Made by a program: the position numbers and the translations under genes. This document shows, piece after piece, positions 1-9,459 of a stretch of DNA of 40,986 bases; position 1 is the stretch's first letter; the number at the start of each line of letters is the position of its first letter. Source of the DNA: Candidatus Binataceae bacterium (GTDB taxonomy: Bacteria; Desulfobacterota; Binatia; Binatales; Binataceae); assembly GCA_050736455.1 (NCBI GenBank), contig JBOHWF010000227.1:1-40986 (forward strand), in the 5' to 3' direction. The notes beneath the pieces were generated by a model. That model was not told the origin of the DNA. It ran no database searches and saw only the letters and a program-made list of their open reading frames with translations.

Positions 1-1
1 C

Positions 2-853
2 CTCTCGGCGCTGCCGGAGCTCGAGGTCGTCGAGGCGCCCTTTGATCCGGTCACTGGCGCGACGCCAGCCTCCGAGTGGCGCCGCCTCGCCGATGAGCGT
101 CTGCTCTGTACGGTCACCGGCTACCCGAATTTTTTCGGCGTGATCGAGCCGCTCGGCGAAATTGCCCGCGTCACGCATCGCGCCGGCGCCATCGCGATCG
201 CCGTAACCGCCGAGGCGCTGGCGCTCGGCATGCTCAAATCGCCGGGCGAACTCGGCGCCGATATCGCCGTCGGCGAGGGCCAGAGTTTCGGCCTCGCACC
301 CCAGTTTGGCGGACCCGGCGTCGGCTTCATGGCGGCGCGGCTCGACCACGTCCGGCTGATGCCCGGACGACTGGTCGGCGAGACCCGCGATCGCCGCGGC
401 AAGCGCGCCTTCTGCCTGACACTGGCGACACGCGAGCAGCATATCCGGCGCGAGCGCGCGACCTCGAATATCTGCACCAATCATTCGCTTTGCGCGCTCG
501 CCGCGGCGGTCTATCTAGCCCTGATGGGGCGCGCGGGCCTGCGTGAGCTGGCGGGCCGCAACGTCGAACTGGCGCATCAAGCGGCCGTGACGCTGGTCCA
601 GGCCGGCATCCCGATGCGCTTCGGCGGCCCTTTCTTTAACGAGTTCGTAGTTGCGGTCGCGGATCCTTTAGCGGCGATCGAACGCGCCTGCGGGCAAGGC
701 GTGATCCCCGGTCTGGCGCTCGGGCACGACTACCCTGAGCTTTCCGACGGACTGCTGGTCGCGGTCACCGAGCTCAACCAGCCCGCGGAGTTCGCGCGCT
801 TGCGCGACGCCCTCGTGATGCAGCCTGAAAAGACCCGGGCGGAGGGGCGCTGA
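2..853 (+). CDS. gcvPA: Glycine dehydrogenase (decarboxylating) subunit 1, C-terminal part; the 5' end lies outside the window
   Basis: Frame 2 is open from the window edge (...TGYPNFFGVIEPLGEIA...). The listed 140..853 ORF therefore begins at an internal GTG. Motifs ADIAVGEGQSFG, GGPGVGFMA and TREQHIRRERATSNICTN are characteristic of GcvPA. The stop TGA overlaps the next ATG (TGATG). Confidence 0.9.
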   Translation, partial: LSALPELEVVEAPFDPVTGATPASEWRRLADERLLCTVTGYPNFFGVIEPLGEIARVTHRAGAIAIAVTAEALALGMLKSPGELGADIAVGEGQSFGLAPQFGGPGVGFMAARLDHVRLMPGRLVGETRDRRGKRAFCLTLATREQHIRRERATSNICTNHSLCALAAAVYLALMGRAGLRELAGRNVELAHQAAVTLVQAGIPMRFGGPFFNEFVVAVADPLAAIERACGQGVIPGLALGHDYPELSDGLLVAVTELNQPAEFARLRDALVMQPEKTRAEGR

Positions 854-2394
854 TGGCGGGAGACGCGCTGACAGCGACAGTTGGAGCGATGGCGAGAGCC
901 GCCGGAGCGGTCGCGCCGGCGACCGCGCCTGAGCGGCGCGTACCGCTGATTTTCGAGGAATCGGCCGCGGGCCGCCGCGGAATCGATCTCGACGCGGGTG
1001 CGGCGAGCGCGCGCCGCGCAGTTGAAATCCTCGGCGCCGAGCTGTGCCGTGAAACGCTCGAAGGTTTTCCGGAAATGAGCGAGCCGGATGTCCTGCGTCA
1101 CTACCTGCGCTTGTCCCAGCTCAACTTCGGCCAGGCGCTGAATTTCTATCCGCTGGGCTCCTGCACGATGAAGCATAACCCGGTGGTGAACGACGAAGTC
1201 GCGGCGCTGGCGGGCTTCGCCGCGCTGCATCCCTATACGCCCGCGGCGTTGGCGCAGGGCGCGCTCGAGCTGATCGCGCGGCTCGAGCAGGCGCTGGCGG
1301 AAATCACCGGGATGGACGCCGTCTCGGTGCATCCGGCGGCGGGCGCACAGGGCGAGCTCGCCGGCCTGTTGATCGTGCGTGCGTGGGACCGCCGGCGCGG
1401 CGGCCAGCGGCGCAAAGTGATCATTCCGGACACCGCGCACGGCACCAATCCTGCCAGTTGCGCGCTCGCCGGCTTCGCGGTGGTCGTCGCCAAGACCGGG
1501 CCGCGCGGCTATCTGGAGGCCGGCGAGATTCGCCGCCTGCTTGACGATCAGGTGGCCGCCCTGATGGTGACGAATCCGAATACGCTCGGGATCTTCGAGG
1601 CCGAGATTCGCGAAATCGCTGCGGCGCTGCACGAATGCGGCGCGCTGCTCTATCTCGACGGCGCGAACCTCAACGCGCTGCTCGGCGTGGCCAAGCCCGG
1701 CCACATGGGCGCCGATGTCGTTCACGTCAACCTGCACAAGACCTTCTCGACGCCGCATGGCGGCGGTGGGCCCGGCGCCGGACCGATCGCGGTCAAGCGC
1801 GCGCTTGAACCCTTCCTGCCGGCGCCGCGCCTCATCCGCGTGAACGACCGCTGGGAGTTCGATCACCATCGTCCCGACGCGATCGGCAAACTGCGGGCCT
1901 TTTACGGCAACTTCGGGATGCTGGTCCGCGCCTATGCCTATATCCTCGCCTTGGGCGGCGACGGGCTCGCCGCGGTCGGCCCGCACGCGATCCTGAACGC
2001 GAATTATCTGCGGCGCCGGCTCGCGACGAATTTTCCCGCCGCGATTGATCAACCCGCGATGCATGAATGCGTGCTCGCGCACGACCTCGAGCGGCGGGTG
2101 AAGGTCAGCACGCTCGATCTCGCCAAGCGGCTGCTCGATTTCGGCATCCATCCGCCGACCATCTATTTTCCGCTGGTAGTGTCGGGCGCCCTGATGATCG
2201 AGCCGACCGAGACCGAGAGCCGCGAGACGCTGGATCACTTCGCGGCGGTGATGGAGCGCATCTATCAGGAGGCGCTGGCCGATCCGGAGACCGTCAAGAC
2301 CGCGCCGCATACGACGCCGGTCGCGCGCGTCGATGAGGCCGCGGCCGCGCGCAAACCGATCCTCCGCTGGACCCCGCCGCAGCCGCCCGGCTGA
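853..2394 (+). CDS. gcvPB: Glycine dehydrogenase (decarboxylating) subunit 2
   Basis: 513-aa ORF with FYPLGSCTMKHNP and the PLP-lysine region HVNLHKTFSTPHGGGGPGAGP. It is translationally coupled to gcvPA. The N-terminus is about 25 aa longer than typical, so an internal start (M13) is possible. Confidence 0.92.
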   Translation: MAGDALTATVGAMARAAGAVAPATAPERRVPLIFEESAAGRRGIDLDAGAASARRAVEILGAELCRETLEGFPEMSEPDVLRHYLRLSQLNFGQALNFYPLGSCTMKHNPVVNDEVAALAGFAALHPYTPAALAQGALELIARLEQALAEITGMDAVSVHPAAGAQGELAGLLIVRAWDRRRGGQRRKVIIPDTAHGTNPASCALAGFAVVVAKTGPRGYLEAGEIRRLLDDQVAALMVTNPNTLGIFEAEIREIAAALHECGALLYLDGANLNALLGVAKPGHMGADVVHVNLHKTFSTPHGGGGPGAGPIAVKRALEPFLPAPRLIRVNDRWEFDHHRPDAIGKLRAFYGNFGMLVRAYAYILALGGDGLAAVGPHAILNANYLRRRLATNFPAAIDQPAMHECVLAHDLERRVKVSTLDLAKRLLDFGIHPPTIYFPLVVSGALMIEPTETESRETLDHFAAVMERIYQEALADPETVKTAPHTTPVARVDEAAAARKPILRWTPPQPPG

Positions 2395-2398
2395 GCGG

Positions 2399-3568
2399 CT
2401 AATCGAAGGCGCTCTCGCCGGTGATGTCGCGGCCGAGGATCAGGGTCTGGACATCGAAAGTGCCTTCGTAAGTGTTGACGGTCTCGAGATTCAGCATGTG
2501 ACGGATCACCGGATATTCATTGACGATGCCGTTGGCGCCGAGCATGTCGCGCGCCGCCCGCGCGATCTCGAGCGCCGCATTGACGTTGTTGCGCTTGGCG
2601 AATGAGACCTGCTCGGGGCGCATCGTGCCGGCGTCCTTCATCTGGCCCAGGCGGATGCAGACCAGTTGCGCCTTGGTGATCTCGGTCAGCATATCGACCA
2701 GCTTGCGTTGGACCATCTGATAGCCTGCCAGCGGCCGTGAGAACTGCTTGCGCGACTTCGTATAATCGAGCGCGCAGTGATAGCAACTTCGCGCCGCGCC
2801 GATCGCGCCCCAGGCGATCCCGTAGCGCGCCTGCGTCAGGCAGCCGAGCGGCGCGCGCAACCCGCGCGCGTTCGGCAGATGATGCTGCGCCTCCAGTCGC
2901 ACATCCTCGAAGACCAGCTCGGAGGTGACCGACGCGCGCATCGAGAATTTCCCGTGGATATCGCTGGTGGTGAAGCCGGGCGTCCCTTTTTCGACGATGA
3001 AGCCAGTGATGCCGTCGTCATCCTTGGCCCACACCACGGCGACGTCCGCGAGCGAGCCATTGGTGATCCAGCGCTTCGTGCCATTGAGCACCCAGCCGCG
3101 GCCGTCTTTGCTCGCGCGCGTTTCCATCCCACCCGGATCGGAGCCATGGTCGGGCTCAGTCAGGCCGAAGCAGCCGATAAGCTTGCCCTTCGCCATCTCG
3201 GGCAGGTAGCGCTGCTTCTGCTCCTCAGAGCCGCATGAGTAGATCGAATACATCGCCAGCGCCCCTTGAACCGACGCCATCGAGCGCAGGCCCGAGTCAC
3301 CCGCCTCCAATTCCTGCATGATCAGGCCGTAGGCGATATTGTTCATACCCGCGCAACCGTAGCCGTGGAGGTTCGCGCCAAAGACGCCCAGCTCGGCCAT
3401 CCGCGCAATCACCTCACGTGGGAAGCTTTCCTTAGCGAAGTGATGCTCTATGTCGGGCAGAACTTCCCGCTGGACGAAGGCGCGCACCGCGTTACGCGTC
3501 ATTTTTTCTTCCGGGCTGAGCAATTCGTCGAGATTGTAAAAATCCAAGTCTCTAAGGGAATCGGTCAT
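2399..3568 (-). CDS. gcdH: Glutaryl-CoA dehydrogenase (acyl-CoA dehydrogenase family)
   Basis: 389 aa. GDSGLRSMASVQGALAMYSIYSCGSEEQKQRYLPEMAKGKLIGCFGLTEPDHGSDPGGMETRA closely matches the GCDH signature. The C-terminal region YEGTFDVQTLILGRDITG also fits. It is convergent with gcvPB with only 4 nt between the stops. Confidence 0.88.
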   Translation of the reverse strand: MTDSLRDLDFYNLDELLSPEEKMTRNAVRAFVQREVLPDIEHHFAKESFPREVIARMAELGVFGANLHGYGCAGMNNIAYGLIMQELEAGDSGLRSMASVQGALAMYSIYSCGSEEQKQRYLPEMAKGKLIGCFGLTEPDHGSDPGGMETRASKDGRGWVLNGTKRWITNGSLADVAVVWAKDDDGITGFIVEKGTPGFTTSDIHGKFSMRASVTSELVFEDVRLEAQHHLPNARGLRAPLGCLTQARYGIAWGAIGAARSCYHCALDYTKSRKQFSRPLAGYQMVQRKLVDMLTEITKAQLVCIRLGQMKDAGTMRPEQVSFAKRNNVNAALEIARAARDMLGANGIVNEYPVIRHMLNLETVNTYEGTFDVQTLILGRDITGESAFD

Positions 3569-3579
3569 GCATTTATTCC

Positions 3580-3615
3580 TTATATCAATTTATTGAGGTC
3601 AATTTTATGATATAA
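3580..3615. promoter_or_regulatory. Candidate operator in the AT-rich gcdH/LysR divergent intergenic region
   Basis: Perfect inverted repeat TTATATCA (3580-3587) / TGATATAA (3608-3615). It encloses a direct repeat TCAATTT...TCAATTTT. It lies in the only strongly AT-rich stretch of this part of the window (3569-3770). Confidence 0.35.
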
Positions 3616-3770
3616 CTCTCATTGATTGGTGAACTGTTAGAAGTTTCGGTTACGACTCGCGTCAGCTCCTAGTTCGACTTCGCGGCGCAGCCTCCGGCGC
3701 TGCAAGGTTTGAGTTATGCGCGTTGCGTCATCGGGAGCCATCACCTATCCTTATACGAGAAGTTAGCCGT

Positions 3771-4727
3771 ATGCACATCGAGACGTTGAAGGTCTTCTGC
3801 GACATTATCGAAAGCGGCAGCGTTTCTTATGCTGCCTCGCAAAACTTCGTGACGCAATCGGCGGTCAGCCAGCAGGTTCGCAGCCTCGAGGAGAAGTACG
3901 AATGCCGTTTGCTGGAACGGGCGCGCGCCGGCGTCAAACCAACGCCAGCAGGCCAAATCCTTTATAACTCAAGTAAGGAAATCGTCCGGCGGTTCATGGA
4001 ACTCGAAAACCGCCTGCGCGAGATCGGCTCGGTGGTCGCGGGCTCGATCCGCGTCGGCACGGTCTACAGCGTCGGCTTGCATGAACTACCGCCCTACCTG
4101 ACCGAATTCCTGCGCGCTTATCCACAGGTGAATGTTCACCTCGAGTATCTGCGCTCGAACAAGATTTACGAAGATCTGGCCGAGGGCAAGATCGATCTCG
4201 GCATCGTCGCCTATCCGGCCAAGCGCAGCCAGATTGTGACGGTGGCTTTTCGTCATGACGAATTGGTGCTGGTCGCGCCGCCGGACGACGCGCTGGCTAA
4301 GCTCAATAAGGTCTCAGTGAGAGAGCTGGTCGGCCAGCATTTTGTCGGCTTCGAACGCGATATCGCCACGCGCAAAGCCTCGGATCGGATTCTGCACGAG
4401 TACGGCGTCAAGCCGCACTATACGATGGAATTCGATAACATCGAGACGATCAAGCGCGCGGTTGAGATCGGCCAGGGGCTCGCGATCGTCCCGCGTTCGA
4501 CGGTCGAGCTCGAGACCGGGCGGGGTTCGCTCAAACTGCTCGAGTTCGTCGAGGGGCCGTTTATGCGACCGCTGGCGATTATCTACAAGCGCGGGCGCGA
4601 GCTTTCACCGGCGGTCAACAAGTTCATCGAGATTCTGACCGCAAGCAAAATCCCGATACCCGGTCACGCCGGCCGCAATGGCGGTAAGGCGGAAGCCTAC
4701 GAACGCGTGTCGAAGGAACCTGCCTAA
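3771..4727 (+). CDS. LysR-family transcriptional regulator, divergent from gcdH (GcdR-like arrangement)
   Basis: N-terminal wHTH region MHIETLKVFCDIIESGSVSYAASQNFVTQSAVSQQVRSLE followed by a LysR substrate-binding domain. The ATG at 3771 is preferred over the TTG at 3723 given by the ORF track. Confidence 0.85.
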   Translation: MHIETLKVFCDIIESGSVSYAASQNFVTQSAVSQQVRSLEEKYECRLLERARAGVKPTPAGQILYNSSKEIVRRFMELENRLREIGSVVAGSIRVGTVYSVGLHELPPYLTEFLRAYPQVNVHLEYLRSNKIYEDLAEGKIDLGIVAYPAKRSQIVTVAFRHDELVLVAPPDDALAKLNKVSVRELVGQHFVGFERDIATRKASDRILHEYGVKPHYTMEFDNIETIKRAVEIGQGLAIVPRSTVELETGRGSLKLLEFVEGPFMRPLAIIYKRGRELSPAVNKFIEILTASKIPIPGHAGRNGGKAEAYERVSKEPA

Positions 4728-4771
4728 ATTGCCCTGACGGTGGCTCTGCGCGGACCGCCGCACGCCACGGC

Positions 4772-5407
4772 TTACGCTCCGGCCGATCCGGGAGGAAAAA
4801 AGCGTCCTTCGACAATCGCGGCGATTTCTCGCCAGTAGGCCTCTTTCTCGGTCTTGACCAGCAGCCCGGTGCCCATCGCCCAACCCGAGCAGAGCATGTG
4901 GACGGCCTCGACCACGCTCGGCACGTCGGCGAAGCACAGCAGGCCGCGTTGGCCGCCGCGCTCGATCACGTTGGTCAGCGCGCCGATATAAGGCTCGAGG
5001 ATCTGATTGAGCGGCGCGCGATACTGCTGGCGGCGGCCGAGATAGCGCACCTCATGATTGAGCACGGCGAAGGCTTCGCGATAGCGATCGATGACGTCGA
5101 GCGCCGCGCGCATGATCCCAAGCAGTTCGCGCCGTGGATCGTCGCCGCTGGCCGCGCGAATCTCGGGCATGACCTCGGCCAGCTCGCCGACCATCGATTC
5201 GGCCAGCAGCAGCAGAATCGCATCTTTGCTCTGCAGGTAGAGGTAGATCGAACCGGCGGCGAGGCCGGCCTCGAGCGCGATCTCCTTGACCGTCGCCTGA
5301 TGAAAGGACTTGCGCGAGAGCACGCGGCAGGCGGCGAGAAAAATCTGCCGGCGCCGCAATTTGACCAGCGGATCGTCGTGGTTTTGAACTTTAAGCGCTT
5401 CAGCCAT
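4772..5407 (-). CDS. TetR/AcrR-family transcriptional regulator
   Basis: 211 aa with a TetR HTH (FHQATVKEIALEAGLAAGSIYLYLQSKD). It is divergent from the MFS transporter gene. Confidence 0.85.
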   Translation of the reverse strand: MAEALKVQNHDDPLVKLRRRQIFLAACRVLSRKSFHQATVKEIALEAGLAAGSIYLYLQSKDAILLLLAESMVGELAEVMPEIRAASGDDPRRELLGIMRAALDVIDRYREAFAVLNHEVRYLGRRQQYRAPLNQILEPYIGALTNVIERGGQRGLLCFADVPSVVEAVHMLCSGWAMGTGLLVKTEKEAYWREIAAIVEGRFFPPGSAGA

Positions 5408-5444
5408 CGCTAAGCAGCATAAACGCTTCGCGTGGGACCGACAA

Positions 5445-6782
5445 TTGCCGGAGCAGCGTTCGTTTCAATCTGCCGCTCGATCGGCTACTCGTGAGCATGT
5501 GAAATCCGCCCCAGCGTCAACCGCGATTCTCGACCGGCCGGACGATCGCGCAGGCGCCGAGAGCCACAGCCGCGCCACGGTGCGCGCGATCTTCGCGATC
5601 CTGAATTTTCAGGGCTATGCCTTTGCCTTGCTCGGCGTCGCGGCGCCGTTTATCGCGACGAGCTTCGTCCTCGATCAAAGTGGCATCGCGCGGATGTATG
5701 CGTGGATCTCGCTGAACGCGTTCGGCGCACTGATTTTGTCGCGTATGGCAGACCGCGTCGGCCGCCGCCGCATCCTCATTATGTGCGTGATCGCCACCGG
5801 CTTATGCTCCCTCGGCGCCGCGCTCTCGACCCGCGCGTCCACGTTCATCGCCTTCGAGATCGTCGCCTATGCGGCGATCGGCGCGACGATCACGAGTTCG
5901 ATCGTGATGCTGGCCGAGGCCCTGCCGACGGCCGACCGCGCAAAAGGGCAGGGCATCGCCAATCTCGCCAGCGGGATCGGCGGCGGCGTCTGCGTGATTC
6001 TCGCGCCGGTACTCGCGCGTTTCGCATTTTCGTGGCGCTGGCTGTTCGCGTTCCCAGCGCTGAGCCTGATACTCGCACCGCTGATGATCCGCATGATCCC
6101 GGAGAGCCGGCGCTGGGAACACGCGGCCGCGAGCGGGGCCGCCGAGCAGAGCCGCTTCTACGACGTTTTCCGCTCGGCCTACCGCCGGCGCGCGCTACCC
6201 CTGCTCATCGCGACGCTGATCGGCGAAGTGAGCGGCGCCGCGGTTCCCACCTGGATCTACTACCACGCCGTGACCGTGATCGGACTTTCTCCGGCCAAAG
6301 GCTCGGTGATTCTGCTGGTCGGCGGGACGATCAGCATTGCAGGACTGGCACTCGGCGCCTGGATGGCGAATCGGATTGGCCGGGTACGCACGATCGTCAC
6401 CCTGGGCCTCGTTGGGATCGCGGGAATTTTGGCCTTCTATTGGGGTCCGCCGGTGAATTGCGCGTGGCCGACGCTATGGCTGCTGCTGGCGCACGCCTGG
6501 TTCGCGACGACCGGACGCGGCCTGCTGGTAGCAGCGAATTCGGCCGTGACAGAACTGTTCCCGACCGCCTTGCGTGGCACGATCATGGGTTGGCTGCTGT
6601 TCTGTATCGCCATCTCGGCGATTTCGGCGCAGGCCAGCATCGCGCTTCTCGCCCATCGGCTCGGCGGTTTGTCGAACGTGGTCGGATGGCTCGCGCTGCT
6701 GACCATCCCGTCGGTGTTGATCTGGGGCCTGTTTATCGACGAGACCCGCGGACTATCGCTTGAGGCTGCCTCCCGCGAATGA
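5445..6782 (+). CDS. MFS transporter
   Basis: 445 aa with about 12 hydrophobic segments and the MFS loop motif SRMADRVGRRR. The start is uncertain: the TTG at 5445 leaves a 50-aa polar N-terminus. Confidence 0.75.
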   Translation: MPEQRSFQSAARSATREHVKSAPASTAILDRPDDRAGAESHSRATVRAIFAILNFQGYAFALLGVAAPFIATSFVLDQSGIARMYAWISLNAFGALILSRMADRVGRRRILIMCVIATGLCSLGAALSTRASTFIAFEIVAYAAIGATITSSIVMLAEALPTADRAKGQGIANLASGIGGGVCVILAPVLARFAFSWRWLFAFPALSLILAPLMIRMIPESRRWEHAAASGAAEQSRFYDVFRSAYRRRALPLLIATLIGEVSGAAVPTWIYYHAVTVIGLSPAKGSVILLVGGTISIAGLALGAWMANRIGRVRTIVTLGLVGIAGILAFYWGPPVNCAWPTLWLLLAHAWFATTGRGLLVAANSAVTELFPTALRGTIMGWLLFCIAISAISAQASIALLAHRLGGLSNVVGWLALLTIPSVLIWGLFIDETRGLSLEAASRE

Positions 6783-6885
6783 CTCCGCGCTCGACCAAGC
6801 TCTAATGACCGACCGTCCGGCCGCCTTCACAAAACGGTGCGCGTACTTACCCCAATCGCGCGTGAACGAAGGTTCCATATAGTCA

Positions 6886-8643
6886 CTACAACCCGCGCGT
6901 CTCCGTTCCGCGCACGACCTTGCCGGGGCGCGCGCCGGTCTCGCGACCGTTTTCCTGGATCGCCTCGCCACTGACGAAAGTCGCGACGTAGCCGCGCGCT
7001 TTCTGCATCAGCCGCGGCATTCCGCCCGGCAAATCATTGACGATCTCGGGATACTCGATCGCGAGGTTGGCGTGATCGATCAGGTTCACGTCGGCCTTCA
7101 TTCCCATCGCGAGCGTGCCGCGATCATAGAGGCCATAGAGCCGCGCGGTCTCGCTGGTCATCTTTTTGACCACGAATTCGGCCGGCATGTGTTGCGGGTC
7201 GCTCGCCGGATGCTCGCGGACCCATTTCGTCATCATGTAGGTCGGGATGCTGGCGTCGCAGATCACGCGCGCATGCGCGCCCGCGTCGCTACCGCCCAAC
7301 ACCGCCAGTGGATGATTGAGCATCTGATGCACGGCTTCGGGGTTGCCGTCGGCGTAGTTGGCCGCGGCATACATCAGGAAGGTGCGCCCTTCGTTGCCGA
7401 CCAGCAGATCGTAGGCGACATCGCGCGGGTCGCGTCGTTCGCGCCGCGCGATACTCGCGATGCTGTCCTTTTCCGCGGGCGTGTAGCTCAACGGCGAACC
7501 CATCGGGTAGGTCCGCTCCCAGATGAGAGGATTCTGATAGAGGATCGACATGCCCGTCGTATTGGGATCGGTGTCGGCGAGCAGCCGGCGTTTGGTTTCG
7601 GGATTGCGCATCGCCCGCAGGCGTTCGCTCACGGGCAAATCCTTCAGGGGTGCATAGCTTGGCAGGAAAGTGAACGGATGATCGCCAGCGAGGTTGAAGA
7701 GCGTGCAGATTGGCCGCGCAAAAACCTGCGGAGTGATCCGCTCGCCCGCCCGTCGGGCCTCCTCGACCATCTTGAGCTGACCGCGCCACTGGTTCGCGTC
7801 GGTGTTGTTCTGGGCGAGCAGGAAGGTCACCGGGCAGCCGGTGGCCGCGACCCGCCGTAGCAGTTGCATATCCTCGTTCAGCGCCGCGCAGTCTTCGCCG
7901 CCAACACCGCGCGCGACCCATTCGATGATGCCGCGGCCGGCCGCGAGGATGCCGCGTGCGATCCCCACCAACTCGTCTTCGCCGGCGAAGGTGCCCGGCA
8001 CCGGCTCGCCATCGACGCCGGTGTGGATCAGTGTACGCGAGGTCGAGAAGCCCAGCGCGCCCGCCCCGATCGCCTCTTTGACGAGCGCGGCCATCTGCGC
8101 GATATCGCCGCCGGTCGCGGGCTGGTTGCGCGCGCCGCGATCGCCCATCACGTAAGCGCGCACCGCGCCATGCGCGATCTGCGCGCCAACGTCAAGGGTG
8201 CGCGGCATCGTCGCCAACACGTCGAGGTACTCGCCGAAGCTCTCCCAGCCCCAGGGGATGCCTTTCTCCAGCGAGATCCCCGGAATGTCCTCGACCCCCT
8301 CCATCAGTTGAATCAACCAGGAATGCCGATCCGGTTTGGCTGGCGCGAAGCCGACGCCGCAATTGCCAAAGACCACGGTGCCGACGCCATGCCAGAGCGA
8401 CGGCGCGAGCTGCGGATCCCAGGTCACCTGGCCGTCGTAATGGGTATGCACGTCCACCCAGGCCGGCGCGACCAGCAGTCCGTCCGCGTCGATCGTGCGT
8501 CGCGCCGAGCCCACGTCCTTGCCCACTCCGCTGATACGTCCGTGGGTGAAGGCGACGTCGCCGGTGAAGCCCGGCTGCCCGCTGCCGTCGATAACCCTAC
8601 CGCCCTTGATTACAACGTCATGCATCAGCGTGAAACTCCTCAT
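6886..8643 (-). CDS. N-acyl-D-amino-acid deacylase (D-aminoacylase) family amidohydrolase
   Basis: [24 protein letters not shown]...[16 protein letters not shown] carries the metal-binding HxH, and length and architecture fit the D-aminoacylase family. The start is placed at the ATG at 8643. An ATG at 8625 preceded by GAGGAG is an alternative. The track start at 8694 is probably an over-extension. Confidence 0.82.
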   Translation of the reverse strand: MRSFTLMHDVVIKGGRVIDGSGQPGFTGDVAFTHGRISGVGKDVGSARRTIDADGLLVAPAWVDVHTHYDGQVTWDPQLAPSLWHGVGTVVFGNCGVGFAPAKPDRHSWLIQLMEGVEDIPGISLEKGIPWGWESFGEYLDVLATMPRTLDVGAQIAHGAVRAYVMGDRGARNQPATGGDIAQMAALVKEAIGAGALGFSTSRTLIHTGVDGEPVPGTFAGEDELVGIARGILAAGRGIIEWVARGVGGEDCAALNEDMQLLRRVAATGCPVTFLLAQNNTDANQWRGQLKMVEEARRAGERITPQVFARPICTLFNLAGDHPFTFLPSYAPLKDLPVSERLRAMRNPETKRRLLADTDPNTTGMSILYQNPLIWERTYPMGSPLSYTPAEKDSIASIARRERRDPRDVAYDLLVGNEGRTFLMYAAANYADGNPEAVHQMLNHPLAVLGGSDAGAHARVICDASIPTYMMTKWVREHPASDPQHMPAEFVVKKMTSETARLYGLYDRGTLAMGMKADVNLIDHANLAIEYPEIVNDLPGGMPRLMQKARGYVATFVSGEAIQENGRETGARPGKVVRGTETRGL

Positions 8644-8757
8644 GGGGCGCGCGGTTTTGATGATCGGATAGAGCTCGCGCTGTCGCCCGTTCAACTGAAA
8701 GCTGCCATAAACCCGAACGCTTGCGCAAGGAAAGCTTCGTAGAGAAGAGCTGGCTGT

Positions 8758-9024
8758 TCAGTTGGTGCGCTTGAGATTGGGTACGAAGGCGAGCCAGGAG
8801 CGATCTCTGATGTCAGCGTCGAGCCGCGCGCCCGGTCGCGCGAAGCGGTAATGCCGCCCCGAGAGCGGACTCACGACCGTCAGCGCGGTTCTGCCGACGT
8901 ACTCGAATTGCGGAATCGACGCCGCGCCGGCCACCGAGGGTGGTCGCACGTTCAGCGATTTCGCCGCCAGGTCTGCGGGCGCCGGCACTTTGAGAGCTTG
9001 CTGATTGAGCCTACCGCAGCACAT
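8758..9024 (-). CDS. Hypothetical 88-aa protein, last gene of the orphan operon
   Basis: The ATG at 9024 overlaps the upstream gene's stop by 14 nt, suggesting translational coupling. Composition is normal, and the core FEYVGRTALTVVSPLSGRHYRFARPGARLDADIRDRSWLAFVPNL looks ordered. No family is recognised. Confidence 0.55.
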   Translation of the reverse strand: MCCGRLNQQALKVPAPADLAAKSLNVRPPSVAGAASIPQFEYVGRTALTVVSPLSGRHYRFARPGARLDADIRDRSWLAFVPNLKRTN

Positions 9025-9364
9025 CTTTTTCCTCCGCTTCGACCTGGGTTGGCGGATCCTCGGCGTAATAGCCCGGCGCGACCACTGGCGCCCTCGCGCT
9101 CAACCGTTCGAGCAGAATCGCGCCGCCCGACAGCGCCGGCCACAGGATCGCACGCTCGCGCCATCCCGAGGCGATCAATAGCGCGAATGGCGCAGCCACC
9201 CATAGGCTCAAGCAGTAGAAGCATTCAAAGACTTTGCCCCAAAAGCTCGGCTCGGCTCGGTTCCGAAGCTTTTTCAGGAGAGCGCCGGGACCGTCTTCGA
9301 AGGCCAGCAGATAAGTGACGCGCCAGACCGCAATCGCGCCTAAGATGAATTGAAAGAATTGCAT
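9011..9364 (-). CDS. DUF1360 domain-containing membrane protein
   Basis: 117 aa. It has the DUF1360-like pattern AVWRVTYLLAFEDGP...CFYCLSLWVAAPFALL and 3 hydrophobic segments. Confidence 0.65.
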   Translation of the reverse strand: MQFFQFILGAIAVWRVTYLLAFEDGPGALLKKLRNRAEPSFWGKVFECFYCLSLWVAAPFALLIASGWRERAILWPALSGGAILLERLSARAPVVAPGYYAEDPPTQVEAEEKDVLR

Positions 9365-9413
9365 CGGCTTGCTCGCTGCGGTCGAAGCTCGCGCTCGGGT
9401 TCTCCGTGGATTT

Positions 9414-9449
9414 CCCCCTCATCTACTCGACATGCAGTAGATGAGGGGG
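9414..9449 (-). other. Perfect 14-bp stem, 8-nt loop intercistronic hairpin
   Basis: CCCCCTCATCTACT-cgacatgc-AGTAGATGAGGGGG lies between the stop of the 736-aa gene (9460) and the DUF1360 start (9364). No U-tract follows on either strand. Confidence 0.6.
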
Positions 9450-9459
9450 GGTGCGTTCC

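Noticed and set aside
730-2310. 526-aa minus-strand ORF
   Set aside because: It is antisense to gcvPB, which has unmistakable motifs. Its product is Arg/Ala/Gly-rich low complexity, typical of shadow ORFs in high-GC DNA.
2392-2401. Convergent gcvPB and gcdH stops only 4 nt apart with no terminator hairpin
   Set aside because: This is noted but not unusual in compact high-GC genomes, and there is nothing further to test from the sequence.
5702-6763. 353-aa plus-strand ORF in an alternative frame inside the MFS gene
   Set aside because: Its product is Arg/Asp/Pro-rich. The overlapping frame encodes a coherent 12-TM transporter.
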